A stretch of 47,749 nucleotides of DNA. It comes from Candidatus Firestoneibacteriota bacterium. GTDB taxonomy: Bacteria; Oederibacteriota; D2-FULL-39-29; JBDRBU01. Position numbers and translations under genes: made by a program. The notes beneath the pieces are model-generated. The model searched no databases and was not told the origin of the DNA. It worked only from the letters and a program-made list of their open reading frames with translations. This document shows positions 1 to 9,781 of the stretch, piece by piece; within the stretch, counting starts at the first letter, position 1, and the number at the start of each line of letters is the position of its first letter. The DNA lies in contig JBDRBU010000087.1 in the NCBI GenBank assembly GCA_043822305.1, positions 1 through 47,749 on the forward strand, in the 5' to 3' direction.

Positions 1-101
1 CAGTTGGAGCATCTGGGAACGAAGAAGTAATAAGAAATTATGTTAAAGGGCCGGGGTTGGATTACAAAAAGATATACAGAGATCAAATGAAATTGTTTTA
101 G
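1..101 (+). mobile_element. tnpA: 3' end of IS200/IS605-family Y1 transposase (TnpA), partial
   Basis: Frame 3 reads VGASGNEEVIRNYVKGPGLDYKKIYRDQMKLF*, resembling the TnpA C-terminal helix (..VG..NEEVIR.Y). A subterminal hairpin follows. Confidence 0.7.
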
Positions 102-109
102 ATTTTGGA

Positions 110-140
110 TACCTCGACGCTCTGCGTCGGGGTAATTCAT
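110..140. repeat. IS200-type right-end hairpin TACCTCGACGC-TCT-GCGTCGGGGTA followed by ATTCAT
   Basis: 11-bp stem (one G:T pair) a few nt after the tnpA stop. IS200/IS605 ends are hairpins rather than TIRs. Confidence 0.7.
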
Positions 141-606
141 TCCTTTTTATGAAAATATATATAAAAAAATGAAGTTAATTGTAAAAAGAGCAGATGAAAA
201 AAATAAATTATTATTTCAATATGCGTATGCTATTTCAGATTGTTTAAGGTTTAAAGCAGACATAAGAAATGATGTTTATCTGGCATATAAATCTAAAGAT
301 AAAGAAAAACTTAAAAAAGAATTAAAAAATCTTTCAATAGTTGAAAAGAAGATAAATAACCTTTGGAAAACACACAGGAAGTTATGGCTTTATGAAAGAA
401 AACCATTTGGTTTAGAAGTTCTTGATGTGAGATATGGTGGTTTGATAAGCAGACTTAAAGTAACGAGAGAAAGGATTTCTGATTATTTAGCCGGCAGGGT
501 AAAAAATATTCCTGAATTAGAAGAAAAACCACAAAAAATTTATGGTAAGTTTCCATATATTTGTCTTTTGTATAAAAATCTTGATTCTATAACAGTGATA
601 AAGTAA
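136..606 (+). pseudogene. C-terminal fragment of GH20 beta-N-acetylhexosaminidase (GcnA-like), truncated by the IS
   Basis: W...RKPFGLEVLDVRYGGL..RL motif is typical of the GH20 C-terminal helical domain. The catalytic barrel is absent and the frame is open back to 136, at the IS end. Confidence 0.7.
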
Positions 607-616
607 ACCCCGTTAG

Positions 617-634
617 GGGGTCAGAGTCATTTTC
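617..634 (+). repeat. GGGGTCAGAGTCATTTT repeat copy
   Basis: GGGGTCAGAGTCA core also at 11564 and 47143, with a variant at 3555. Confidence 0.75.
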
Positions 635-642
635 TAAATCCA

Positions 643-671
643 TTGACAAAATGTATATTATCTGGCATAAT
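643..671 (+). promoter_or_regulatory. sigma70 promoter for leuB-hisG-ribF
   Basis: TTGACA-N17-CATAAT with extended -10 TG; AAGGAGG downstream. Confidence 0.7.
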
Positions 672-703
672 ATTACTTGTAATTAAGGAGGAGGGGTGGA
701 AAG

Positions 704-1771
704 ATGAGTAAAAAATATAATATAGCTGTAATTCCTGGTGATGGAACGGGTCCAGAGGTTATAAGAGAAGGAGTAAAAGTATTAACCACGGCTGCTAAAA
801 AATATAATATAATATTAAATTTTACTCAATATAATTTTGGTGGGGAAAGATACTTAAAGACAGGAAAAACACTCGATAAAAAAGATTTAAAGGAAATATC
901 CAAATATGATGCTATATATTTAGGTGCTATAGGACATCCAGATGTAAAACCAGGAATTTTGGAACATGGTATACTGCTAGCCTTAAGATTTCATTTTGAC
1001 CAGTATATAAATTTAAGACCAGTAAACTTATATCCAAATGTTTGGACACCATTAAGAGATAAAGGACCGAGTGATATAGATTTTGTTGTAATAAGGGAAA
1101 ATACAAGTGGACTTTACAGGGGTAAGGGTGATGTAAAGAATAAGGGTAAAAAAAATGAAGTTGTCACGCAAATTATGACCTATACAAGAAAAGAAGTTGA
1201 TAGATGTCTAAAATTTGCTTTTGAATATACAAGGAACAGAAATAAAAATAAAAAATTAACTCTCTGTCATAAGACAAATGTGTTAACATATGCGGGTGAT
1301 TTGTGGCTAAGAGCATTTGAAGAAATGGGCAAAAAGTTTTATCCGGATATTCATAGAGATTATGCTCATGTTGATGCTACCACTATGTGGATGGTAAAAA
1401 ATCCGGAATTTTTTGATGTGATCGTAACTGAGAATATGTTCGGTGATATTATTACTGATCTGGGAGCAATGATTCAGGGTGGAATGGGTATTGCCGCCGG
1501 AGGGAATATTAATCCAACTGGTATTTCAATGTTTGAACCAATAGGGGGGTCTGCTCCTAAATATGCTGGTAAAAATATAATTAATCCACTGGCGGCTATT
1601 TGTGCGGGTGGTATGATGCTTGAAATCTTAGGAGAAAAAGAAGCAGCAAAAGCAATTGAAAATGCTGTAGTTAATGTACTTACAAGCGGAAAGATTAAAA
1701 GTTTATCAGCAGGGAAGATGGGCTTATCTACTTCTGAAGTCGGGGATTTTGTGGTCAGGAGGTTGATATGA
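704..1771 (+). CDS. leuB: 3-isopropylmalate dehydrogenase
   Basis: [43 protein letters not shown] motifs. Confidence 0.9.
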   Translation: MSKKYNIAVIPGDGTGPEVIREGVKVLTTAAKKYNIILNFTQYNFGGERYLKTGKTLDKKDLKEISKYDAIYLGAIGHPDVKPGILEHGILLALRFHFDQYINLRPVNLYPNVWTPLRDKGPSDIDFVVIRENTSGLYRGKGDVKNKGKKNEVVTQIMTYTRKEVDRCLKFAFEYTRNRNKNKKLTLCHKTNVLTYAGDLWLRAFEEMGKKFYPDIHRDYAHVDATTMWMVKNPEFFDVIVTENMFGDIITDLGAMIQGGMGIAAGGNINPTGISMFEPIGGSAPKYAGKNIINPLAAICAGGMMLEILGEKEAAKAIENAVVNVLTSGKIKSLSAGKMGLSTSEVGDFVVRRLI

Positions 1772-2634
1772 TAAAATTAGGATTACCAGCAGGAAGTTTA
1801 CAGGAATCCACGATAAAAATGTTTAAAAAGGCTGGATTTAATATTTTGATAGGAAGTAGGTCATACATTCCTTATATTAACGATCCGGAAATAAAAGCAA
1901 GATTTATAAGAGCACAAGAAATTCCAGGATATGTTGAAGCAGGAAAATTGGATGTTGGGTTAACAGGTAAAGACTGGGTTTTAGAAAGCGATGCAGATGT
2001 TGTTGAAGTTGTTAAACTTTTGTATGCAAAAAGTGGTTTAACACAAGTGAAATGGATTGTTGCCGTTCCAAGTGATTCAAAAATAAACAGTATAAAAGAT
2101 TTAAATGGAAAAAGAATCGCTACTGAACTTGTATCAGTAACAAAAAAGTTCTTAAAAGAAAATAATGTTAAAGCAGATGTAGAGTTTTCCTGGGGTGCAA
2201 CTGAAGCAAAACCTCCCGAATTAGTTGATGCCGTAGTTGAACTAACGGAAACAGGCTCTTCTTTAATGGCAAATAATTTAAAAACAATTGGGGTGGTTAT
2301 GGAATCTTATACAGTGTTAATTGCAAATAATGAAAGTTGGAAAAATAAAGATAAGAGAAACAAGATAGAGAATATTGCACTTTTACTTAAAGGCGCACTT
2401 GAAGCAGAAACAAAAGTTGGACTTAAAATGAATCTCCCGAAAAACAAATTGAAAGACATCATTTCAACATTACCTGCTTTGAAACAACCAACAATTTCTT
2501 CACTTGTTGACCCTAAATGGGTGGCTATAGAAGTTATAATAGATGAAAATATAGTTAGAGAAATTATTCCCAAATTAAAAAGTCTTGGTGCTTCTGGAAT
2601 TATTGAGTATCCTTTAAATAAAGTAGTTTATTAA
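1768..2634 (+). CDS. hisG: ATP phosphoribosyltransferase (long form)
   Basis: LGLPAGSL, RAQEIP, D.G.TG.D, GATE, ELTETGSSL..N.L, C-terminal regulatory domain. Confidence 0.93.
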   Translation: MIKLGLPAGSLQESTIKMFKKAGFNILIGSRSYIPYINDPEIKARFIRAQEIPGYVEAGKLDVGLTGKDWVLESDADVVEVVKLLYAKSGLTQVKWIVAVPSDSKINSIKDLNGKRIATELVSVTKKFLKENNVKADVEFSWGATEAKPPELVDAVVELTETGSSLMANNLKTIGVVMESYTVLIANNESWKNKDKRNKIENIALLLKGALEAETKVGLKMNLPKNKLKDIISTLPALKQPTISSLVDPKWVAIEVIIDENIVREIIPKLKSLGASGIIEYPLNKVVY

Positions 2635-2638
2635 AATA

Positions 2639-3574
2639 ATGATCGTTTTAAAGGGATTAGGCAGTAGTTATTTGCGAAGATTAAAGGATACAGTAATTAC
2701 ACTCGGAGTGTTTGATGGTGTTCATTTAGGACATCAGAAGATAATAAAAAAACTCGTAAAAGAGACAAAACCCTGCACCTTCTGGTGCGTGGGTAAAAGC
2801 GTAGTTCTAACCTTTGAAGCCCATCCGATGAAAACCACACATAATTCTGCACCTTTAAATTTAACAACCTTAACTCAAAAAGAAAAAATCATTAAAGGAT
2901 TTGGTATAGATATTTTAATAATTATAAATTTTAACAAAAAATTTGCGAGAATTTCTGCTAAAAATTTTATAGAAAAAATATTGATAAAAAAATTAAAAAT
3001 AAAAAAAATAATAGTTGGTTTTGATTATTGTTTTGGCCGAGACAAAGAAGGTAATGTAGAATTTCTGAAAAAAGAGAGCAAAAAGTATAATTTTAAAGTT
3101 GATATTGTTAAACCCGTTAAAGTAAGTAATGTAGTTGTCAGCAGTACTAATATAAGAAAATTTATAGTTAATGGTAATCTAAATATGGCTAAAAGGATGC
3201 TGGGAAGGTCTTATTCTGTAATTGGTAAAGTTGTAAAAGGCGAGGAAAGAGGCAGAATATTAGGATTTCCGACGGCAAATATAAAAGTTTTCAATGAATC
3301 TATTCCTTTGAAAGGCGTTTACATAGTAAATATTAAAATTGATAGCAAGATTTATCATGGTATTTGCAATATAAGTAAACCATCTTTTGATATCCTCGAT
3401 GAAAGAAATCTTATTCCGGAAGTTTATATCTTTGATTTTAAAAGAAACATATACAACAAAATTGTAGAGGTAACTTTTTTAAAAAAAATAAGAAACAGTA
3501 TTTATTTTGATAATGCAGATGAATTAATTAAAAGAATAAACAAAGATATAAAAAGGGGTCGGAGTTATTTTTAA
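2639..3574 (+). CDS. ribF: Bifunctional riboflavin kinase/FAD synthetase
   Basis: G.FDGVHLGHQ, GFDYCFG, SSTNIR, GRILGFPTAN. Confidence 0.93.
   Translation: MIVLKGLGSSYLRRLKDTVITLGVFDGVHLGHQKIIKKLVKETKPCTFWCVGKSVVLTFEAHPMKTTHNSAPLNLTTLTQKEKIIKGFGIDILIIINFNKKFARISAKNFIEKILIKKLKIKKIIVGFDYCFGRDKEGNVEFLKKESKKYNFKVDIVKPVKVSNVVVSSTNIRKFIVNGNLNMAKRMLGRSYSVIGKVVKGEERGRILGFPTANIKVFNESIPLKGVYIVNIKIDSKIYHGICNISKPSFDILDERNLIPEVYIFDFKRNIYNKIVEVTFLKKIRNSIYFDNADELIKRINKDIKRGRSYF
2770..2794. repeat. GC-rich palindrome read in frame within ribF
   Basis: ACCCTGCACC-TTCT-GGTGCGTGGGT, encoding KPCTFWCVG in otherwise AT-rich coding DNA. Confidence 0.6.
3551..3572 (+). repeat. AAAAGGGGTCGGAGTTATTTTT repeat variant forming the last codons of ribF
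   Basis: Variant of GGGGTCAGAGTCATTTT; encodes KRGRSYF*. Confidence 0.6.
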
Positions 3575-3590
3575 AATTCTTGAGTTTTTA

Positions 3591-3619
3591 TTGACTAAAA
3601 TAAAAAAGTAATGTATAAT
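3591..3619 (+). promoter_or_regulatory. sigma70 promoter, probably giving a leaderless mRNA
   Basis: TTGACT-N17-TATAAT ending 5 nt before ATG 3625; no Shine-Dalgarno. Confidence 0.6.
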
Positions 3620-3624
3620 TAAGT

Positions 3625-4572
3625 ATGCATAAAAATATTTTAGAAAAGATTTTTGGTAAAAAAATCACAATAATGATTGTTCCCCATCATAATGTTAAAA
3701 TATTCCAGTTTAAAACCCCATTAGTCATAGCGATATTTTCATTCTTGTTGGTTTTATCTGTAGTTTCTTATTCTGTCTATATAATTAAATGTAATATTGA
3801 TTATAATGTTTCTCAAGAGTCAGTAAAAATTTTAAAAGATAAAGCGTTTGTCTTAAATGAGCAATTTGAAAAATTGCAAGATAGAGTTCAAAAATTTGCC
3901 GAGCAGGAGAAAAAGTTAAAAGAAATGGTTGGCTATGAGAATAAAAAAGCTCTTGTTGAGGGTAAAGGGATGGGTGGTCCTACTAAAACTGACCAGAAAT
4001 CTTTAGAAAATTTACTAAATTCTGAGATTAAAAAAGATGATATTAAGGAAACACTTAATAAGATGGTCGCAGAGATAGAGTTGAGAGAACAAAGTTTTAA
4101 AGAAGTTGAAAAATATATTTTAAAGCAAAGGTCTATTTGGTCAGCAACACCAAAAGGACTTCCAATAAAAGGATATATTACTTCAACTTTTGGCTACGGG
4201 AAAATGGTTTTGGATTATATGGGTGATTCGGATAGTAAAGATAAAAAAGACTGGCATATGGGTATAGACATTGCTAATAGAATTGGTTCTAAAATTAAAG
4301 CAACAGGTGATGGTAAAGTTATATTTGCCGGAAAATTAGGTGGATATGGATTACTTGTAATAGTTGATCATGGTTATGGATTTACAACGAGGTATGCTCA
4401 TTGTAGCAAAATATTGATAAAAAAAGGCGATGAAGTTAAAAGAGAAGATGCAATTGCTTTAGTTGGTATTACAGGACATACGACAGGTCCTCATGTGCAT
4501 TATGAAGTAAGAAGATATGGAAGAGCGGTAGATCCTGCTACTATTGACCCGCGTATTTATGCTAAAAAATAA
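3625..4572 (+). CDS. M23 family metallopeptidase with TM anchor and coiled coil
   Basis: HMGIDIA, YAH, TGHTTGPHVHYEVR. Confidence 0.9.
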   Translation: MHKNILEKIFGKKITIMIVPHHNVKIFQFKTPLVIAIFSFLLVLSVVSYSVYIIKCNIDYNVSQESVKILKDKAFVLNEQFEKLQDRVQKFAEQEKKLKEMVGYENKKALVEGKGMGGPTKTDQKSLENLLNSEIKKDDIKETLNKMVAEIELREQSFKEVEKYILKQRSIWSATPKGLPIKGYITSTFGYGKMVLDYMGDSDSKDKKDWHMGIDIANRIGSKIKATGDGKVIFAGKLGGYGLLVIVDHGYGFTTRYAHCSKILIKKGDEVKREDAIALVGITGHTTGPHVHYEVRRYGRAVDPATIDPRIYAKK

Positions 4573-4609
4573 ATCTTTTCCTTTTTTAAATTATAATAAT
4601 GATAAACTT

Positions 4610-4686
4610 GGGCGCGTAGCTTAGTTGGTTAGAGCGCTGCTTTCACAGAGCAGAGGTCATAGGTTCAACTCCTATCGCGCCTACCA
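4610..4686 (+). tRNA. tRNA-Val(CAC)
   Basis: GGGCGCG/CGCGCCT acceptor stem, CTGCT-TTCACAG-AGCAG anticodon arm, TTCAACT T-loop, encoded CCA. Confidence 0.95.
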
Positions 4687-4694
4687 TGATTAAT

Positions 4695-4717
4695 GTAGTC
4701 GCAGGCTTTAGCCTGTG
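4695..4717 (+). repeat. GTAG-type REP-like palindrome GTAGTCGCAGGCTTTAGCCTGTG
   Basis: GTAG tetramer plus CAGGCT/AGCCTG hairpin; related copies at 11759, 36055 and 36107 (reverse). Confidence 0.75.
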
Positions 4718-4742
4718 TGATTTATCAGGCATAATATATGGC

Positions 4743-4768
4743 ACTCGGGGTCAGGGACGACCCCGAGT
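4743..4768. repeat. Palindrome ACTCGGGGTC-AGGGAC-GACCCCGAGT
   Basis: Perfect 10-bp stem; same core as 10182, 12228 and 30039. Confidence 0.8.
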
Positions 4769-4795
4769 ACTTTAGTAGAGTGATAAGGAGAAAAA

Positions 4796-5560
4796 TTGAC
4801 AAAATTTGAATTATATTTAAGAAGAACATTAGTTGTTTTGGTTTTTATTTCAATAATATTTGTTTTTACAAAAATTGTAACAGCAATTTTTACCCCTACC
4901 GAAGAAAATAGTGTTGTTAAAAATCAAAATCACACTAAAAGTATTGCTTTAACTTTTGATGATGGTCCACATTTGGAATATACTTATAAATTGCTAGATA
5001 TCTTAGAAAAAAATAATGTTAAAGCAACATTTTTTGTGGTTGGAAAAATGGTGAAAAAATATCCGTTCTTGTTGAACGAAATTTATAAGAAAGGTCATGA
5101 AATAGGAAATCATACTTATAATCATCCGATGTTAACAACCCTCTCGAATAGTTTAATAATAAAAGAATTGGAGTTAAGTAGAATAGAAATAAAAAATGTA
5201 TGTGGTGTGAATGTGAATTTATTCAGGCCACCATCCGGCAGATACAATAATAATGTCCTAAACATGGCCAAGGCGAGAGGTTTTAAAACGATTTTGTGGT
5301 CTATAAGTTCAGGAGATTATGGCTGTGAAGATAGTAATTCAGTTAAAAGTAGAGTGTTGAATAACCCTTCCAATGGTGATATAATACTGATGCATAGTGG
5401 GATTGATGTAACCATGAAAGCACTGCCAGAAATAATAAAGGTATTAAAAGAAAAAGGTTTTGAATTTAAAACAGTATCAGAACTAATTGAAAAAGAAAGA
5501 CCAAAGTCTTCTTTGTCTTTTTATAAATCCTACCTGCCAGTTGAAATTGCATTAAGATGA
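4796..5560 (+). CDS. Polysaccharide deacetylase (CE4/NodB), membrane anchored
   Basis: ALTFDDGP, ATFFVVG, GHEIGNHTYNHP, FRPPSG, IILMH; TTG start after AAGGAG. Confidence 0.9.
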   Translation: MTKFELYLRRTLVVLVFISIIFVFTKIVTAIFTPTEENSVVKNQNHTKSIALTFDDGPHLEYTYKLLDILEKNNVKATFFVVGKMVKKYPFLLNEIYKKGHEIGNHTYNHPMLTTLSNSLIIKELELSRIEIKNVCGVNVNLFRPPSGRYNNNVLNMAKARGFKTILWSISSGDYGCEDSNSVKSRVLNNPSNGDIILMHSGIDVTMKALPEIIKVLKEKGFEFKTVSELIEKERPKSSLSFYKSYLPVEIALR

Positions 5561-6630
5561 GATGGTTTGAATATTTAAAGAAAAAAGAAATATCTCTTAA
5601 AAAGCCAGAAAGTTTCAATCTTAATTCCGGTCCCTCAATTTATATTCAGGAAGAAAATTTATTAGATAAAGCAGGGTATTATTGTAAAACAGTTGGGGGC
5701 TCTACCTTAGTAATCTGTGATAATAATATTTATAAGAAGTTTTATAAAAATTTGTCTAATTCTTTTAAAAAAAATAAGATTCAAAATAATCTTTTTATAT
5801 TCTCCGGTGAATGTTGTCTGGAAGAAGTAAATAATATTATTAAAAAAACGAAGAATAAAAAAATAGATTTTGTTTTTGGAATTGGTGGTGGCAAAGCAAT
5901 AGACACGGCAAAATTAGTTAGTTTTAAGTTGAATTTACCAACAGTGGTATTGGCTACTTCAGCTTCAACTTGTGCTAGCTGGACGAATGTTTCTATCGTT
6001 TATTCTAAGAACGGAGTTTATAAAGATATAATTAATTTAAATAAATCTGCTGATTTAGTCCTGGCGGATGAAACAATAATAAAAAATGCTCCAAGAGAAT
6101 TACTTTTAGCCGGCATTGGGGATAGTTTTGCGAAATATTATGAAGCGAAATTAGTCTATGAATCTAATTTGGTTGAAAAAAATGTTTTTAGCGAGATTGG
6201 AATTTTTATTGCAGAAAAAATACATAAGACAATAACGAATAAATTTGACAATATTAAAGAAATTATATATGCAAATATGGTGTTAAGTGGATGGGTAAGT
6301 ACCATAGGCAAAGAATCTTGCGGGGCATTATTAGCCCATTCTTTTGTAAATGCATTAAGTATTATCCCGGAAGCAAGAAAAGTTCTTCATGGTTATCTTG
6401 CTGGCTTTGGTGTGATATTTCAATTTAAATTTTTAAATAAAGAATTTCAAGAAATTCAACTTTATAAAAAACTCGGACTCCCATTAGGTTTTAAAGATAT
6501 AAATATTTTTTTAAGCAAGAAAGATATAGAAAAGATATCAAAAGTTATTTTAGAAGATGATGTTGTTAAATATTTTTATCCCGATGTCAATTTAGATAGG
6601 ATTGTAGATACATTAAAAGCAATAAATTAG
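5557..6630 (+). CDS. Glycerol dehydrogenase-like / iron-containing alcohol dehydrogenase family
   Basis: GIGGGKAIDTAK, TSASTCA, AGIGD..AK.YE, AH, LHG. Confidence 0.8.
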   Translation: MRWFEYLKKKEISLKKPESFNLNSGPSIYIQEENLLDKAGYYCKTVGGSTLVICDNNIYKKFYKNLSNSFKKNKIQNNLFIFSGECCLEEVNNIIKKTKNKKIDFVFGIGGGKAIDTAKLVSFKLNLPTVVLATSASTCASWTNVSIVYSKNGVYKDIINLNKSADLVLADETIIKNAPRELLLAGIGDSFAKYYEAKLVYESNLVEKNVFSEIGIFIAEKIHKTITNKFDNIKEIIYANMVLSGWVSTIGKESCGALLAHSFVNALSIIPEARKVLHGYLAGFGVIFQFKFLNKEFQEIQLYKKLGLPLGFKDINIFLSKKDIEKISKVILEDDVVKYFYPDVNLDRIVDTLKAIN

Positions 6631-6631
6631 G

Positions 6632-6660
6632 TTGTAATTATCATAAGAATTGGATATACT
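6632..6660 (+). promoter_or_regulatory. Possible sigma70 promoter for purFM
   Basis: TTGTAA-N17-TATACT. Confidence 0.45.
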
Positions 6661-6678
6661 ATATTAAAAGGAAAGTCA

Positions 6679-8049
6679 ATGTGTGGGATATTTGGTATTT
6701 ATAATGCAGATGAGGCCGCAAAATTAACTTATCTTGGGCTTTATGCCTTACAGCATAGAGGACAGGAGAGTGCTGGTATATGCTCATCAGATGGCGAGAA
6801 AATTTATAGTCATATTAAGATGGGTTTGGTTGCAGATATATTTTTACCTGAAGTTTTTGATAGATTGCCAGGCAGGTCTGCTATAGGGCACTGTAGGTAT
6901 TCAACAACAGGAGCTACACATATTAAAAATGCTCAGCCTATAAGTGTGTCTTATTCTAAAGGACAACTTGCGATGGCACATAATGGAAATCTTGTAAATG
7001 TTTCGATTATAAGAGATGAACTTGAAGCGTCTGGTTCAATATTTTCTTCAACAACAGATACAGAAGTTATAGTTCATTTAATATCTCGGTCTAATAAATC
7101 TACATTTCTGGATTGTCTGATAGATGCATTGAAAAAAGTTAAGGGAGCGTATTCATTAGTAATATTAACTGAAAAGGAACTAATTGGAGTAGTTGACCCA
7201 TGTGCATTTAGACCACTTTCGATTGGTAAAAAAGGAGATAGTTTTATTTTAGCATCCGAAACTTGTGCTTTTGATATTATGGATGCAGAATATATCAGAC
7301 CAGTAGAACCAGGTGAGATAGTTATTATAAATGAAAAAGGTATAATCTCTGTTAAACCATTTTCAAAAACAAAACAATCGCACTGCATATTTGAGTTTAT
7401 TTATTTCTCAAGACCTGATAGTTATATTTTTGGAAAAAGTGTACAAATTGCAAGGAAAGAACTCGGGAAAGAGCTTTATAGGGAACATCCGGCTAAAGTA
7501 GATTTTATTGTCCCAATACCAGATTCAGCTAATTCAGCCGCCATAGGATATTCATCTGAAAGTGGTATTCCTTTTGAAACCGGGATTATAAGGAATCATT
7601 ATGTTGGTAGAACATTTATAGAACCAAGTCAGTCCATAAGAGATTTTGGAGCAAAAATAAAATATAATCCGATAAAAGAAGTTTTAAAAGATAAAAAATT
7701 AGTGGTAATAGATGATTCAATCGTAAGAGGAACAACAAGTAGAAAGATTGTAAAAATGTTAAGAGAAGCAGGTGTAAAAGAAATTCATTGGAGGATAAGT
7801 TGTCCGCCAATTACACATCCTTGTTTCTATGGAATTGATACTCCTACAAGGCAGGAACTAATAGGCGCATCTTCTACCGTAGAAGAGATTAGAAAATATT
7901 TAGAAGTAGAGAATTTAGGTTATCTAAGTATGGATAGAATGGTCAAAGCCGTTGGTGGAAAAAAAGAAAATTACTGTACATCTTGTTTTTGTGGAGATTA
8001 TCCAGTTGATTTTGATAAAGAACCTAAAAAATTTAAATTTGAATTATGA
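6679..8049 (+). CDS. purF: Amidophosphoribosyltransferase
   Basis: MCGIFG, LQHRGQESAGI, RYST, AHNGN, DDSIVRGTT, C-terminal Fe-S cysteines. Confidence 0.96.
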   Translation: MCGIFGIYNADEAAKLTYLGLYALQHRGQESAGICSSDGEKIYSHIKMGLVADIFLPEVFDRLPGRSAIGHCRYSTTGATHIKNAQPISVSYSKGQLAMAHNGNLVNVSIIRDELEASGSIFSSTTDTEVIVHLISRSNKSTFLDCLIDALKKVKGAYSLVILTEKELIGVVDPCAFRPLSIGKKGDSFILASETCAFDIMDAEYIRPVEPGEIVIINEKGIISVKPFSKTKQSHCIFEFIYFSRPDSYIFGKSVQIARKELGKELYREHPAKVDFIVPIPDSANSAAIGYSSESGIPFETGIIRNHYVGRTFIEPSQSIRDFGAKIKYNPIKEVLKDKKLVVIDDSIVRGTTSRKIVKMLREAGVKEIHWRISCPPITHPCFYGIDTPTRQELIGASSTVEEIRKYLEVENLGYLSMDRMVKAVGGKKENYCTSCFCGDYPVDFDKEPKKFKFEL

Positions 8050-9086
8050 GAAAATCTTTTACTTACAAAAAAGCGGGTATAGATATTAATATGGCTGATA
8101 AGGCAAAAAGCAGGATAAAATCCATTGTAAGAAAAACTTTTACAAAAGGAGTCCTTTCGGATATTGGTAAATTTGGTGGGTTTTTTAAGTTTGATTATAA
8201 AAAATATAAATCCCCTGTCTTAGTCAGTAGTGTTGATGGAGTAGGGACAAAATTAAAGATAGCCAGTTTACTAAAAAAGTACGATACAGTTGGTCTAGAT
8301 TTAGTTAGTCATTGTGCTAACGATATACTTGTTCATGGTGCTAAGCCGCTTTTTTTTCTTGATTATATTGCCATGGCCAAGACAGAGCCAAAAGTTATCT
8401 CGGAGATTGTTAAAGGTTTAGCAACTGCATGTAAGTTTGAAAGATGTGCTTTAATTGGTGGAGAGACGGCTCAAATGCCGGATATTTACAAAAAAGATGA
8501 TTTTGATTTAGTTGGCCTTGTTGTCGGTGTTGTTGAAAAGAGTAAAATAATAGATGGTAGAAATATTAAAGCAGGAGACAAAATTATTGGACTACCTTCT
8601 AATGGACTTCATACAAATGGCTATACATTAGCAAGAAAATTGCTTTTAGAAAAAGCTGGATATAAAATTAATGAATTCATCCCAGAGTTAAAGACCACTT
8701 TGGGCCAGGAGTTATTAAAACCCCATAAGTCCTATAGTAAAGTCATATTTAGATTAATGGAAAGGTTTACTATTAAAGGCATAGCCCATATTACGGGTGG
8801 AGGATTTTTAGATAACATTCCAAGAATTTTACCAAAGAATCTTTCAGTTGTTATTAAGAAGGATAGTTGGAAAGTTTTACCAATATTTAATTTAATAAGA
8901 AAATTAGGTAATTTAAACGATACTGAAATGTTTAGAACTTTTAATATGGGTCTAGGCATGGTAGTTTTTGTTTCTGACAAAGATAGTGGCCAAATACTAA
9001 ATTATCTTAAAAGAACGAAAGAAGAATCATATGAAATTGGTGAAGTTGTAAAGTTTAAAAAAGGAATGAACAAAGTAATTTTATAG
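8046..9086 (+). CDS. purM: Phosphoribosylformylglycinamidine cyclo-ligase
   Basis: DGVGTK, GGETA, SNGLHTNGY, HITGGG, RTFNMG. Confidence 0.96.
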   Translation: MRKSFTYKKAGIDINMADKAKSRIKSIVRKTFTKGVLSDIGKFGGFFKFDYKKYKSPVLVSSVDGVGTKLKIASLLKKYDTVGLDLVSHCANDILVHGAKPLFFLDYIAMAKTEPKVISEIVKGLATACKFERCALIGGETAQMPDIYKKDDFDLVGLVVGVVEKSKIIDGRNIKAGDKIIGLPSNGLHTNGYTLARKLLLEKAGYKINEFIPELKTTLGQELLKPHKSYSKVIFRLMERFTIKGIAHITGGGFLDNIPRILPKNLSVVIKKDSWKVLPIFNLIRKLGNLNDTEMFRTFNMGLGMVVFVSDKDSGQILNYLKRTKEESYEIGEVVKFKKGMNKVIL

Positions 9087-9099
9087 GGAATTTTATTGT

Positions 9100-9525
9100 T
9101 TATTCATACCTTAACGCTTCTATGGGGTTAAGTTTGGAAGCTTTTCTGGCCGGGAAAAAACCGAAACTGATTCCGATAACCACCGAAAATATGGTGGCAA
9201 TCAATATTGAAAACAATGTAATATGAATTGGCCAACCCGCAAAGGTAGATATGGGTATGGTTATAACTGTTCCAAACAAAATGCCCAGTATTCCCCCGCT
9301 AAATGTCATGACAATGGCTTCTATAAGGAACTGCCACATGATATCTTTTCCCTGGGCCCCAATGGCTTTCCTTAGTCCGATTTCTTTTGTCCTTTCCGTA
9401 ACTGAAACAAGCATAATGTTCATGATGCCTATTCCGCCCACCAAAAGGGAAATTGAGGCAATGCTTCCGAGCAACATACTCATGGTATTCGTTATGCTCT
9501 TTAATGTCTCCTGGATGTCAGCCAT
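9100..9525 (-). pseudogene. C-terminal fragment of MacB/FtsX-family ABC permease
   Basis: [30 protein letters not shown]...[10 protein letters not shown] present; ATPase and periplasmic parts absent. Confidence 0.85.
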
Positions 9526-9781
9526 TTAGACTATACGAAAAGGATGATGAATTTGAATAATTTTCTCCCAAACCCAGCGAAATTTGTGGCCACGATACGC
9601 TTTCAGTGATTATTTTATCATACTTTGCCTGTTTTAACCTTTCTTGGGCAGAAATAAGGTCGGGGTTATTATTCTTTGCTTCCTTAACGCAATCATCCCA
9701 GGTCATCGCTTCTTCTGCATTTAAATAAGATGATACAATAAAAACAAATATGGTTATTGAAACCAATTTTATCATTTTCAC
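9518..9781 (-). pseudogene. N-terminal fragment of TolC-family outer membrane protein
   Basis: Signal peptide then MTWDDCVKEAKNNNPDL...WPQISL (TolC-like N-terminus); stops after 87 aa. Confidence 0.75.
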
